Below, piece after piece: positions 17,643 through 26,738 of a DNA stretch of 60,532 nt. Source of the stretch: Eubacteriales bacterium (lineage in GTDB: Bacteria > Bacillota > Clostridia > Peptostreptococcales > Acidaminobacteraceae); NCBI GenBank assembly GCA_030625575.1, contig DAOUQP010000001.1:1-60532 (forward strand). Direction: 5' to 3'. The notes beneath the pieces were generated by a model. The model had not been told where the DNA came from. It searched no databases and saw only the letters and a program-made list of their open reading frames with translations. The translations under genes and the position numbers were made by a program. The number at the start of each line of letters is the position of its first letter. The first letter of the stretch is position 1.

Positions 17643-18163
17643 ATACTTAAGTATTTCTTCTTTAGTAATTTTTTTACAGAATCAAAAGTACCTAGTATGG
17701 GATGTGTTAAATTTGTTCCGATGTACATGATTTCTGATAATAAATCATAATTGATATCTTCAGGTGAATCTTCATATGATTTTATTTCTTCTTTTATCAC
17801 TGATTTTTCTTTTTTTATGTCATCTTCATCAAATAACGAATTCATCAACATATCACTAATGATTTCAATAGGTATTTCAAAATCTTTTGACAGCACTTTC
17901 GAGTAAATTCCAGTACATTCTTTTGAAGTGTATGCATTTATTTCTCCACCAATGTTATCAATAATACACGCGATATCAAAAGCTGTTCTATTTTTAGTGC
18001 CTTTAAACAGCATATGTTCAATCATATGTGAAATACCGTTATCATATTTTTCTTCATATGCAGTCCCAGCCTTAATGAAAAAACCAATTGAAACTGTATT
18101 GGAGTATTTCATTTCACACATTATTACATTTATTTTATTTTTCAACTCTTTGATTATATACAA
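17639..18163 (-). CDS. M16 family zinc peptidase, N-terminal fragment
   Basis: 174-aa ORF with the inverted zincin motif HMIEH (HxxEH) followed by FKGT. TTG start with SD GGGTGA. Confidence 0.75.
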   Translation of the reverse strand: MYIIKELKNKINVIMCEMKYSNTVSIGFFIKAGTAYEEKYDNGISHMIEHMLFKGTKNRTAFDIACIIDNIGGEINAYTSKECTGIYSKVLSKDFEIPIEIISDMLMNSLFDEDDIKKEKSVIKEEIKSYEDSPEDINYDLLSEIMYIGTNLTHPILGTFDSVKKLLKKKYLSI

Positions 18164-18187
18164 CTATATCACCCAATATCAACAAGT

Positions 18188-18213
18188 AAAAGTGCAAGAG
18201 AACTTGCACTTTT
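18188..18213 (-). terminator. Terminator-like hairpin after pnp
   Basis: AAAAGTGCAAG-(4-nt loop)-CTTGCACTTTT, an 11-bp stem. On the minus strand it is followed by ACTTGTTG, so the U-tract lies mostly within the stem. Confidence 0.6.
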
Positions 18214-18219
18214 ATAAAC

Positions 18220-20337
18220 TTAATTTGATTTTTTTTCTTCCTCTTCATTTAATAATACTTTTCTAGAAACACTTGTTTTGCCTTGAGCATCTTTTTCAAT
18301 TACTTTTACAACTATTTCATCTCCAACTTTAAACAAATCTTCAACTTTATTTAGTCGTTTAATAGTTAATTGCGAAATATGACAAAGTGCATCTTTTCCA
18401 GGCAGAAGTTCAACGAAAACTCCAAATTTAGCTATTTTTACAATTTTAGCAGTGTAGATTTCACCAACTTCAATATCCTTCACAATTGTTTCAATTCTCT
18501 TAAGAGCTTCTTTTCCACCCTTGCCATCGTTAGCTGTTATAAGAACCATACCGTTTTCGTCGATATCGATTTTTACATCACATTCAGATGTAATCTTTGT
18601 TATGACTTTTCCACCAGGTCCTATAATATCTCTAATTTTATCAGGATGAACTTTGATGTTGAATACTCTTGGAGCATATTCAGATAAATCAGATCTTGGT
18701 GTTGATATTGATTCACTCATTTTATCCAAAATGAAAAGTCTGCCGACTCTCGCTTGTTCAAGAGCTTTTTCTAATATTTCTCTACCTATTCCTTGAATTT
18801 TTATATCCATTTGAATAGCTGTAATTCCTTCTTTTGTTCCAGCTACCTTGAAGTCCATGTCTCCTAAAAAGTCTTCCATGCCTTGAATATCACTTAAAAT
18901 TGCGATATTTTCATCTTCTTTAATAAGTCCCATAGCAATACCAGCTACAGAATCTTTTATTGGAACACCCGCATCCAATAAAGATAAAGATGAACCACAA
19001 ATACTTGCTTGTGAAGATGAACCATTACATGACAACACTTCAGAAACTACACGAATTGCATATGGAAAATCTTCTTCACTTGGCAATACTGGTACTAATG
19101 CTCTTTCTCCCAATGCTCCATGACCGATTGCTCTTCTATTAGGGCCTCTCATCGGTCCAGCTTCTCCAACAGAAAATGGAGGGAAATTATAGTGATGCAT
19201 ATATCTTCTAGTTTCCTCGTTATCAATACCATCAAGTCTCTGAGCTTCACCAAGAGCACCTAAAGTAGTAAGTGAAAGAGCAGCTGTCAATCCACGCATA
19301 AAGTATCCCGAACCATGTGTTCTCGGTATAATTCCTACTTCAGTACTAATTGCTCTTATTTCATCAGGCTTTCTACCATCAGTTCTAATTCCTTCATTAG
19401 TAATCATTAAACGCATTTGCTCTTTTTCAAATGATTTAAAGAAACCTTTTGCTGTATTTTTCAACTCATCGGCATTTTCAAATTTCTCTTCTAGAGCAAT
19501 TGTCATTTTTTCTATAAGATCTTCTTCAGCTTCGCCACGTTCCACTTTATCGTTGATTCGAACTATTTTCAATAATTCTTCATATACAGTCTCTTTTACA
19601 AAATCTTTTAATTCTAGATTTTCTTCCGGTTTGATATATTCTTTCTTTTCAACACCAAGCTCATTAACAATATTATCAATAAAACTTACTATTTCTTTTA
19701 TAGCTTCATGGCCAAATAAAATCGCATTAAGCATTTCTTCTTCTGAAATGATTTTCGATCCTGCCTCTACCATCATAATAGCATCTTTTGTTCCAGCTAC
19801 AGTCAAGTCCAATAGAGATTTCTCTGCTTGTTCTACAGTTGGGTTGATTACATATTCGCCGTCAACTAAACCAACTTTAACTGCTCCAGTCGGTCCGTTA
19901 AAAGGTAAATCAGAAATGCTAAGAGCGATAGATGATCCTATCATTGCTGTAATCTCTGGAGAATTATTTTGATCTACAGATAATACAGTTGCAACGATTT
20001 GAACCTCGTTTTTATATCCATCAGGAAACAAAGGTCTAATTGGTCTATCAATTAAACGCGATGTCAATGTAGCGTTTTCTGAAGGTCTTCCCTCTCTTTT
20101 GATATAACCGCCAGGGATTTTACCGACAGCATACATTTTTTCTTGATATTCGCAGCTAAGTGGAAAGAAATCCAACCCAACTCTTGGTTTGCTAGAACCA
20201 GCAGCAGTTACTAAAACAACTGTGTCTTCGTATCTCATCATTGCAGCGCCTTTTGCTAAAGGTGCATAACGTCCGATTTCAACTTTTAATTCTCTTCCGC
20301 CTAAATCCATTTGGAAAATTTTGTTTTCAATACTCAT
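18220..20337 (-). CDS. pnp: Polyribonucleotide nucleotidyltransferase (PNPase)
   Basis: 705 aa with two RNase PH domains plus KH and S1 domains (GEIYTAKIVKIAKFGVFVEL). SD AGGAGGTA. Confidence 0.97.
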   Translation of the reverse strand: MSIENKIFQMDLGGRELKVEIGRYAPLAKGAAMMRYEDTVVLVTAAGSSKPRVGLDFFPLSCEYQEKMYAVGKIPGGYIKREGRPSENATLTSRLIDRPIRPLFPDGYKNEVQIVATVLSVDQNNSPEITAMIGSSIALSISDLPFNGPTGAVKVGLVDGEYVINPTVEQAEKSLLDLTVAGTKDAIMMVEAGSKIISEEEMLNAILFGHEAIKEIVSFIDNIVNELGVEKKEYIKPEENLELKDFVKETVYEELLKIVRINDKVERGEAEEDLIEKMTIALEEKFENADELKNTAKGFFKSFEKEQMRLMITNEGIRTDGRKPDEIRAISTEVGIIPRTHGSGYFMRGLTAALSLTTLGALGEAQRLDGIDNEETRRYMHHYNFPPFSVGEAGPMRGPNRRAIGHGALGERALVPVLPSEEDFPYAIRVVSEVLSCNGSSSQASICGSSLSLLDAGVPIKDSVAGIAMGLIKEDENIAILSDIQGMEDFLGDMDFKVAGTKEGITAIQMDIKIQGIGREILEKALEQARVGRLFILDKMSESISTPRSDLSEYAPRVFNIKVHPDKIRDIIGPGGKVITKITSECDVKIDIDENGMVLITANDGKGGKEALKRIETIVKDIEVGEIYTAKIVKIAKFGVFVELLPGKDALCHISQLTIKRLNKVEDLFKVGDEIVVKVIEKDAQGKTSVSRKVLLNEEEEKKSN

Positions 20338-20375
20338 AAATACCTCCTATTATTATTTTGGTATCTTAGAATTTA

Positions 20376-20420
20376 TCCTACTTTTACTAGACAAATAATA
20401 TTTGCCCACTAAAAGTAGGA
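20376..20420 (-). promoter_or_regulatory. 11-bp perfect inverted repeat in the rpsO-pnp intergenic region, around a promoter candidate
   Basis: Arms TCCTACTTTTA (20376-20386) and TAAAAGTAGGA (20410-20420) with a 23-nt spacer. Minus-strand TTGTCC (20423-20418), 17-nt spacer, TATTAT (20400-20395) lies within and around it. Confidence 0.5.
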
Positions 20421-20451
20421 CAAAAAAAGTAATAAATTCTAAAATCCTATT

Positions 20452-20477
20452 AAAAGAAAAAGCGGGATTATCCCGCT
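20452..20477 (-). terminator. Rho-independent terminator after rpsO
   Basis: Minus strand AGCGGGA-TAA-TCCCGCT followed by TTTTCTTTTAAT. Confidence 0.8.
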
Positions 20478-20481
20478 ATCT

Positions 20482-20748
20482 TTATTTTCTCAAGTTCAAT
20501 TTTACTAGAATAGCACGATATCTTGCAATATCACTTTTCTTAAGATAGTTTAACAATCTTCTTCTTTGACCAACCATTTTTAAAAGACCTCTTCTTGAGT
20601 GATGATCTTTTTTGTGAAGTTTAAGGTGATCATTAAGATAGTTGATTCTATACGTTAATAATGCAATTTGAACTTCTGGTGAACCTGTATCACCTTCATG
20701 AGTTTTGTGCTCATTGATGATTTCTTGTTTATTCTCTTTAGTAATCAT
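20482..20748 (-). CDS. rpsO: 30S ribosomal protein S15
   Basis: 88 aa, [14 protein letters not shown]...[16 protein letters not shown]. Confidence 0.97.
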   Translation of the reverse strand: MITKENKQEIINEHKTHEGDTGSPEVQIALLTYRINYLNDHLKLHKKDHHSRRGLLKMVGQRRRLLNYLKKSDIARYRAILVKLNLRK

Positions 20749-20853
20749 TTTTTTACCTCCATAATTAATTTATTACACTTGATTCCCTGTGATTCGTTGG
20801 AGAATCGAAAGACTGAGAATTAAGTATTTAACAACTTATTCTAACATAATAAT

Positions 20854-21786
20854 TCACTCTCGTAAACTATTAAATATATTATTTACTCTCTCGATATCGA
20901 GTTTAATTTGATCAGTGAGTTCCTCATGATTTTGAAATTTTATTTCATCTCTAATTCTTTGGATGAATTCAACTATTATTTCTTTGTTGTATAAATCTCC
21001 ACTAAAATCAACAATGTATGTTTCAAAATTTAATTCGCTTTGGTTGAATGTAGGATTGAATCCAACATTGGTAATTGAATTATACCGTTTATTTTTTGTT
21101 ATCACTTGAGTCGCATAAACACCTGGTTTCAACGTATGCATACTTTTATCGATTTTTAAATTAGCAGTTGGAAATCCTAATTTGGCTCCCATTTGTTTTC
21201 CCGGTAGAACTATACTTCTATAATAATGTCTTCGCCCAAGAAATTTATTTGCTTCTTCTATGTTCCCCTCTAGAAGCAATTCTCTTATCAAAGTAGAACT
21301 AACGCGCATATTATCTATTATTATCGGCTCAACTACATCCAAAGTATAGTTATACTCTTTTTGCAACTCAGTAAGCAAATCGATATTACCTTTTGCATTT
21401 TTACCAAATTTAAAATCATGACCAATAATTAAATGTTTCACATCCAAAAAATTCAATACAATATTCTTGATAAATTCCTCTGCAGAAATATTCATATGAT
21501 TTTTATTGAATTCCAACAATATAAGATAATCTACATCCATTTTATCTATTAATCTTACTTTTTCATCTAGACTAATTATATTTTTTATTTCTTGTCCCGT
21601 AATCACTTCTCTAGGAATATTTGAAAATGTATAAACAACAGATTTGATTCCATCTTTTTTGCATTTATCTATCATCGTTTGAATGACTTTATTATGTCCA
21701 ATATGAAGCCCATCGAAAGTACCAATAGTAACGCCTACTTCATCCTTGATATTATATATTTCATCCATGTCAAATAATACTTCCAT
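20854..21786 (-). CDS. ribF: Bifunctional riboflavin kinase / FMN adenylyltransferase
   Basis: GTFDGLHIGH nucleotidyltransferase motif and a C-terminal riboflavin kinase domain (GFPTANL...). 310 aa. Confidence 0.93.
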   Translation of the reverse strand: MEVLFDMDEIYNIKDEVGVTIGTFDGLHIGHNKVIQTMIDKCKKDGIKSVVYTFSNIPREVITGQEIKNIISLDEKVRLIDKMDVDYLILLEFNKNHMNISAEEFIKNIVLNFLDVKHLIIGHDFKFGKNAKGNIDLLTELQKEYNYTLDVVEPIIIDNMRVSSTLIRELLLEGNIEEANKFLGRRHYYRSIVLPGKQMGAKLGFPTANLKIDKSMHTLKPGVYATQVITKNKRYNSITNVGFNPTFNQSELNFETYIVDFSGDLYNKEIIVEFIQRIRDEIKFQNHEELTDQIKLDIERVNNIFNSLRE

Positions 21787-21789
21787 AAG

Positions 21790-22659
21790 TTAGTCCTCAC
21801 TTAAAAATCTTTTTTTGATTTCAAATTGCATGTTTTCATATTTACCTATGCCCACTAATCTGTTATCATAGATTATTTTCAACAATGGTTTTTCTGTTTT
21901 GATTTCTATAGGAATACCCGTTGAGAATTTTTTGTATTCTGATTGGGATAATTCATATTCATCAACGTCTTTTAAAATGTCTCTTATAGGAATTAAAAAA
22001 ATAAAATTGTTTTCTAAATACATTTTTTCTATTTCTTCCAATGTAAAAGCTTCTTCAATTAAAAAATATTCATTTTCAAGTCTTATTAAATTAGTCATAA
22101 TCGCACTTGAATTAAGCGCATTGCCGATATCGTCAATTAGACTTCTAACATATGTTCCTCTAGAACATATGATATCAAATATAATTCTATTATCGATAAT
22201 TTCAAACAACTCAATATGTTTAATATCGATCGTTCTTGATTCTCTTTTAATTTCAATGCCTTTTCTAGCTAATTCATATAATTTTTTACCATCTTTTTTT
22301 ATTGCAGAATACATCGGTGGAATTTGCTCTGAAATCCCCAGAAAAGATGCCAAAACTTCTTTGATTTCAGAAGTAGTTACATCGATTTCTGAATCAGCAT
22401 CATGAACCTCTCCCCAAATATCCAGCGTATCACTTGTTTTTCCAAGTAACATCTCAGCTCTATATTTTTTATATGGACTGTGATGATATGGTATTAATTT
22501 AGTTGCTGTTCCAATGTAAATGTTCAACACACCAGTAGCCATAGGATCTAAAGTTCCACTATGACCAATTCTTTTTTCATGAAACAACCTTCTAAGGTAA
22601 CCCACGACATCATGCGATGTCATATTGGGAGGTTTGATTACATTAACTAATCCCTTCAT
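21790..22659 (-). CDS. truB: tRNA pseudouridine(55) synthase
   Basis: GHSGTLDPMATGVL catalytic Asp motif. 289 aa. Confidence 0.95.
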   Translation of the reverse strand: MKGLVNVIKPPNMTSHDVVGYLRRLFHEKRIGHSGTLDPMATGVLNIYIGTATKLIPYHHSPYKKYRAEMLLGKTSDTLDIWGEVHDADSEIDVTTSEIKEVLASFLGISEQIPPMYSAIKKDGKKLYELARKGIEIKRESRTIDIKHIELFEIIDNRIIFDIICSRGTYVRSLIDDIGNALNSSAIMTNLIRLENEYFLIEEAFTLEEIEKMYLENNFIFLIPIRDILKDVDEYELSQSEYKKFSTGIPIEIKTEKPLLKIIYDNRLVGIGKYENMQFEIKKRFLSED

Positions 22660-23605
22660 AAATCATACCCAATTCTTTTATAACAATTTTTTTAGCAGCT
22701 TCAAGACCTGAATCGACTTCAAATCCCGCAGCATTTACATGGCCGCCTCCACCATTATTAAGAGCGATTGAAGAAACATCGATATCTTTTTTTGATCTCA
22801 TAGAAATTTTCGCTATATTTTTTCTTTCATCGATTAATATCGCCACTTCTACGCCTTCGATATTTCTAATGCTTTCTACAATGCTGTCTGTATTGTCATT
22901 CTCATACTTGTCTTTCAATTCTTTTGATATTGTAACCAACGCTACTTTGCTAACAAAGTAAAACTCAACTTTACTTAATACTTCAGTATTGAACTTGAAT
23001 TTATTTAAAGGAATATTTTGATAAAGGTACATACTGATTTCAGCAACATCAATTCCTTTTGTAATCAATTCTGCAGCAATTTCATGTGTTTTTGCAGTAG
23101 TATTACTATACATGAAATTTCCAGTATCAGAAGCAATCGCTGTATAAAGATCAGTAGCAATATCGCTATCAATATCTATTTTTAGACTATTAAGCAAATT
23201 GTAAATAATTTCACCCGTAGCACACGCATCTTCTTTTACTAAATTCAACTCGCCATAAAGAGTATTAGTCTTGTGATGATCGATATTTACAATCGGTTTT
23301 ACAAGAAACTCTTTTCGATCTTCAAGCCTTCCGATATCACTTGAATCAAGTGCGAATACTATGTCGATCGATTCCATATCAACAGAATTCACCAAATAAT
23401 CTTCACAATCCAAGAATTTAACATCGTACGGCACGTCATCCATACTGATAATCTTTACATTCTTATTCATTTTTTTCAGACCTTTGGCTAAGGCTAAAGA
23501 TGAACCAATCGCATCCCCATCAGGTTTAAGATGGGGAAGTATTATAAACGATTGGTTTTTTTTAATAATTTTAATGATATTATTCATCATCATCATCATT
23601 CTCAT
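22643..23605 (-). CDS. nrnA: DHH/DHHA1 phosphoesterase (NrnA-type oligoribonuclease / pAp phosphatase)
   Basis: Motifs HLKPDGDAIGS, DHH (NIDHHKTN) and DHHA1 GGGGH. The start is ambiguous within the M-R-M-M-M-M-M run. Confidence 0.85.
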   Translation of the reverse strand: MRMMMMMNNIIKIIKKNQSFIILPHLKPDGDAIGSSLALAKGLKKMNKNVKIISMDDVPYDVKFLDCEDYLVNSVDMESIDIVFALDSSDIGRLEDRKEFLVKPIVNIDHHKTNTLYGELNLVKEDACATGEIIYNLLNSLKIDIDSDIATDLYTAIASDTGNFMYSNTTAKTHEIAAELITKGIDVAEISMYLYQNIPLNKFKFNTEVLSKVEFYFVSKVALVTISKELKDKYENDNTDSIVESIRNIEGVEVAILIDERKNIAKISMRSKKDIDVSSIALNNGGGGHVNAAGFEVDSGLEAAKKIVIKELGMIYEGIS

Positions 23606-23951
23606 GATTAATATCCAAGCTGTGTATCACTTCTTCAATATGCATGGCATTTTTAATGGAATCATCTAGTTTAAACACAGGTTCTGGAGTGTAATGCAAA
23701 GTAATGACTCTGCCGATTTCTCTCCTTATAAATCCTTTTGCCTTGTTTAACCCTTTCATCGCCTCTTCAATATTGATATTATCCTGAAGAAAGCTAATGT
23801 AAATATATACATAGCGATGATCTCTTGTAGTCTCCACATGTGTAATGCTGGTAAATTGAGGAATTCTAGGATCTTTAATTTCATTTAAAATTAAATTGCT
23901 GACAATTTTTTTAATTTCTTCAGATATCCTTTTGTTTCTATCAAATTTCAT
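23580..23951 (-). CDS. rbfA: Ribosome-binding factor A
   Basis: 123 aa. KH-like RbfA pattern RISEEIKKIVSNLI...DPR...ITHVETTRD. Confidence 0.93.
   Translation of the reverse strand: MKFDRNKRISEEIKKIVSNLILNEIKDPRIPQFTSITHVETTRDHRYVYIYISFLQDNINIEEAMKGLNKAKGFIRREIGRVITLHYTPEPVFKLDDSIKNAMHIEEVIHSLDINHENDDDDE
23585..23599 (-). repeat. (ATG)5 trinucleotide repeat shared by two overlapping reading frames
   Basis: Coding strand ATGATGATGATGATG. It reads as MMMMM at the nrnA N-terminus and as DDDD(E) at the rbfA C-terminus. Confidence 0.9.
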
Positions 23952-23966
23952 CTTATTACCTCCCTA

Positions 23967-26141
23967 TTAATCAAGGGTTCTCTCAATTTCTTCAATAAAG
24001 AAAGATTCAATAATATCCCCTTCTTTTAAATCATTGTAATTTTCTAGTCCTACACCACATTCAAATCCAGTAAGAACTTCTTTGGCATCATCCTTAAATC
24101 GTTTTAATGATGAAATTTTACCTTCGAAAATTACAATTCCATCTCTAATCAATCTAACGCTTGATTTTCTTGTAACTTTACCTTCAAGGACATAAGCACC
24201 AGCAATTGTTCCAACATTAGGTACTTTGAATGTTGTTCTTACTTCTGTTTTACCTTCAACAACTTCTTTATATTCTGGCTCCAATAAACCTGATAAAGCA
24301 TCTTTTACATCTTTTATAGCTTCATAAATGATTCTATACGTTCTTATTTCAACATTTTCTCTATCAGCAATAGAAGCAACATTAGAACTTGGTCTAACAT
24401 TAAATCCTACAATCAATGCGGTTGAAGCAGAAGCCAATAAAACATCAGATTCAGTAATAGCTCCGATTTGAGAATGGATAATGTTCACTCGTACTTCTTC
24501 ATTTGATAATCTTTCTAGCGATTGTTTCAACGCCTCAATAGAACCGTGAACATCAGCTTTGATAACTAAATTAAGATCTTTAATCTCACCATCTTTGATT
24601 TGTTCAAATAATTCTTCTAGAGAAACATTCTTTCTATTAGATCTCATAGCTTGAGTTTTCTCGATAGTTATATTTCTTCCTGCATGTATACGCGCATTTT
24701 TATCGTCAGTTGTAACATAGAACTTATCACCAGCTACAGGTACCTCGCTCAATCCAATTACTTCTACAGAAGTCGATGGTTTTGCGGCATTAACATTTTT
24801 TCCGTTATCGTTGAACATAGCTCTTACTTTACCGGATGTCTTGCCCACGAAAAACGAATCTCCTACTCTCAAAGTTCCATTTTGCACTAAAACTGTCGCA
24901 ACAGGTCCTCTTCCTTTATCGAGATTGGCTTCAATAACTGTGCCGACACCAGGTCTTTTTGGATTTGCCATTAATTCTTCCATTTCAGCAACAAGCAATA
25001 CGTTATCTAGCAAAGTGTCAATATTTTCGCCCTTAAGTGCAGACAATTCAACAGCTATTACATCTCCACCCCATTCTTCAATAACGACTCCATGCTCTGA
25101 AAGTTCTTGTTTAACACGATCAGGGTTTGCATTTATCTTATCGATTTTATTGATTGCAACAATAATAGGTACGCCTGCAGCTTTCGAGTGATCAATAGCT
25201 TCTAATGTTTGCGGCATTACACCATCATCAGCCGCAACAACCAATATAGCGATATCAGTTACTTGTGCGCCTCTTGCTCTTAATGATGTAAAAGCTTCAT
25301 GACCAGGTGTATCTAAAAATACAATTTTTTTATTCTTGAAATAAATTTCTGAAGCACCAATATGTTGAGTGATTCCACCAGCTTCGCCTTTTGTAACGTC
25401 GGTTTTTCTGATGGCGTCTAGTAATGATGTCTTACCATGATCAACGTGTCCCATTACAGTTACTACAGGAGCTCTTGCAACTAAATCTTTATCGCTGTCT
25501 TCAAATTCAAATTCCATTTCATTAAGTTCAACTTCTGTAACTTCATTCTCAACTTCAAACCCATATTCTAAAGCCAATAATTCAGCAATATCCAAATCTA
25601 ATGAAGCATTGATTCCCATCATTTTGTCATAATCGTTCATTAATTTCATGATGATGTCATTAGCTGGTATTCCTACAAGATCTGCAAATTCTCCAATAGT
25701 TAATTCTGCTGGCATTACAATAGAAGATCCTTCTTTTACTTCTTTATCTTCTTCCTTTACTTGTTGTTTATAGAAGGCCTTAGATTTTTTTGTTTTTTTA
25801 GTATAATCTCTAACATAGCTTTTTTTAACTACATTTGGTTTATCTTTTTTCGTCTCTTCTTTACGATTTTCTACACTCTTCACAGTTTTATTTTTTGAAT
25901 CTTTAACATTGCTCTTGTTTGCTGGTTTTACATTGCCTTTTGCTTTATCTTTTTTAGGACTTTCTTTTTCTTCTTTTACTGTTTCTTTCATATGTTTTTT
26001 TCTTATTTTCAATGCATCTAAATCATCTATAGCACTCATGTGATTTTTCACTTCAATACCTAAAGACAATAATTCATCTATGATTACTTTGCTTGAAAGA
26101 TTCAGTTCTTTAGCTAATTGATGTATTCGGACCTTTGTCAA
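23967..26141 (-). CDS. infB: Translation initiation factor IF-2
   Basis: G domain GHVDHGKTSLLD / DTPGH / NKID. SD GGAGGTGA plus 4 nt plus TTG at 26141 gives MTKVRIHQLAKEL, the canonical IF-2 N-terminus. The ORF-track extension to 26261 overlaps the upstream gene. Confidence 0.95.
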   Translation of the reverse strand: MTKVRIHQLAKELNLSSKVIIDELLSLGIEVKNHMSAIDDLDALKIRKKHMKETVKEEKESPKKDKAKGNVKPANKSNVKDSKNKTVKSVENRKEETKKDKPNVVKKSYVRDYTKKTKKSKAFYKQQVKEEDKEVKEGSSIVMPAELTIGEFADLVGIPANDIIMKLMNDYDKMMGINASLDLDIAELLALEYGFEVENEVTEVELNEMEFEFEDSDKDLVARAPVVTVMGHVDHGKTSLLDAIRKTDVTKGEAGGITQHIGASEIYFKNKKIVFLDTPGHEAFTSLRARGAQVTDIAILVVAADDGVMPQTLEAIDHSKAAGVPIIVAINKIDKINANPDRVKQELSEHGVVIEEWGGDVIAVELSALKGENIDTLLDNVLLVAEMEELMANPKRPGVGTVIEANLDKGRGPVATVLVQNGTLRVGDSFFVGKTSGKVRAMFNDNGKNVNAAKPSTSVEVIGLSEVPVAGDKFYVTTDDKNARIHAGRNITIEKTQAMRSNRKNVSLEELFEQIKDGEIKDLNLVIKADVHGSIEALKQSLERLSNEEVRVNIIHSQIGAITESDVLLASASTALIVGFNVRPSSNVASIADRENVEIRTYRIIYEAIKDVKDALSGLLEPEYKEVVEGKTEVRTTFKVPNVGTIAGAYVLEGKVTRKSSVRLIRDGIVIFEGKISSLKRFKDDAKEVLTGFECGVGLENYNDLKEGDIIESFFIEEIERTLD

Positions 26142-26154
26142 AAGATCACCTCCG

Positions 26155-26466
26155 TTATTCTTTTTCTTCTGAGTAATATGCCAGTATTCGTTTTGCAAAA
26201 TTCTTGTTTTTAATTCCGAAAATTGATTTGTTGTATTGTCCGATAGAATGGGACAACTCATCTTTAGTGGAATATTTTATTACTTTTATCATATGCTCAT
26301 CTGCTTCTTTCCTGATTTTCTTTTCAGAATTTTGGGAAATATCATTGGCTAGTATAACTAATTCGATTTTTCCTTTTTTAATCTGTTGAGCAACTTGCAT
26401 ATAACCAAATGCAATATTATTTGATTTTCTTGCAAAACTTAATAAAGATAAAATTTTACTTTTCAT
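26155..26466 (-). CDS. L7Ae/L30e family RNA-binding protein (YlxQ-like)
   Basis: 103 aa, in the conserved position between ylxR and infB. Pattern LSFARKSN...G...V...I..G...LVILA.D.S. Confidence 0.85.
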   Translation of the reverse strand: MKSKILSLLSFARKSNNIAFGYMQVAQQIKKGKIELVILANDISQNSEKKIRKEADEHMIKVIKYSTKDELSHSIGQYNKSIFGIKNKNFAKRILAYYSEEKE

Positions 26467-26725
26467 CAGTAAATTCCTTTTTTAATTGTTCGTATATTTC
26501 ATCAGGTATTTTCATACCAAACGCTCTACTAAAAGCATTTTTTTTCTGAGCAGCTTCAAAGCATTCGATTTTCTTACAAATATATGCTCCGCGCCCATTT
26601 GCTTTACCAGTAAAATCTACAGAAAAATCATTTTCTTTAGTTTTAACAATTCTTATCATTGTCCGCTTATCAAAATGTTCATTACAACCTACACATTTTC
26701 TTAAAGGAATCTTTTTTTCTTTCAA
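26456..26725 (-). CDS. ylxR: YlxR (DUF448) RNA-binding protein
   Basis: 89 aa with PLRKCVGC...GRGAYIC, directly downstream of nusA. Confidence 0.85.
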   Translation of the reverse strand: MKEKKIPLRKCVGCNEHFDKRTMIRIVKTKENDFSVDFTGKANGRGAYICKKIECFEAAQKKNAFSRAFGMKIPDEIYEQLKKEFTDEK

Positions 26726-26738
26726 TTATATCAACTCC

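Larger units (their letters stand above)
16887..18163 (-). pseudogene. M16 (pitrilysin/insulinase, MlpA/YmxG-like) peptidase gene interrupted by a 1-nt frameshift at an A7 tract
   Basis: A -1 shift at the coding-strand A7 (plus-strand T7 at 17669-17675) joins both ORFs into one protein of about 425 aa, reading ...FDSVKK-ITKEEILKYMKEFYTSENM... Confidence 0.7.

Noticed and set aside
20749-20853. A possible S15 autoregulatory leader upstream of rpsO (GATTC-TCCAAC-GAATC hairpin close to the SD).
   Set aside because: Only a 5-bp stem can be drawn by eye, and I could not recognise a three-way junction or pseudoknot mimic or a clear promoter. The evidence is insufficient without comparative analysis.
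26142-26261. A 40-codon N-terminal extension of infB in the ORF track (MSCPILSDNTTNQ...).
   Set aside because: It overlaps the L7Ae-family gene and has no SD. The canonical IF-2 N-terminus MTKVRIHQLAKEL starts at a TTG with a perfect GGAGGTGA SD. Similar over-extensions were trimmed for rpsB, topA, rnc, rnhB, dut, recA, pyrH, rpsP, acpP, dxr and ung.
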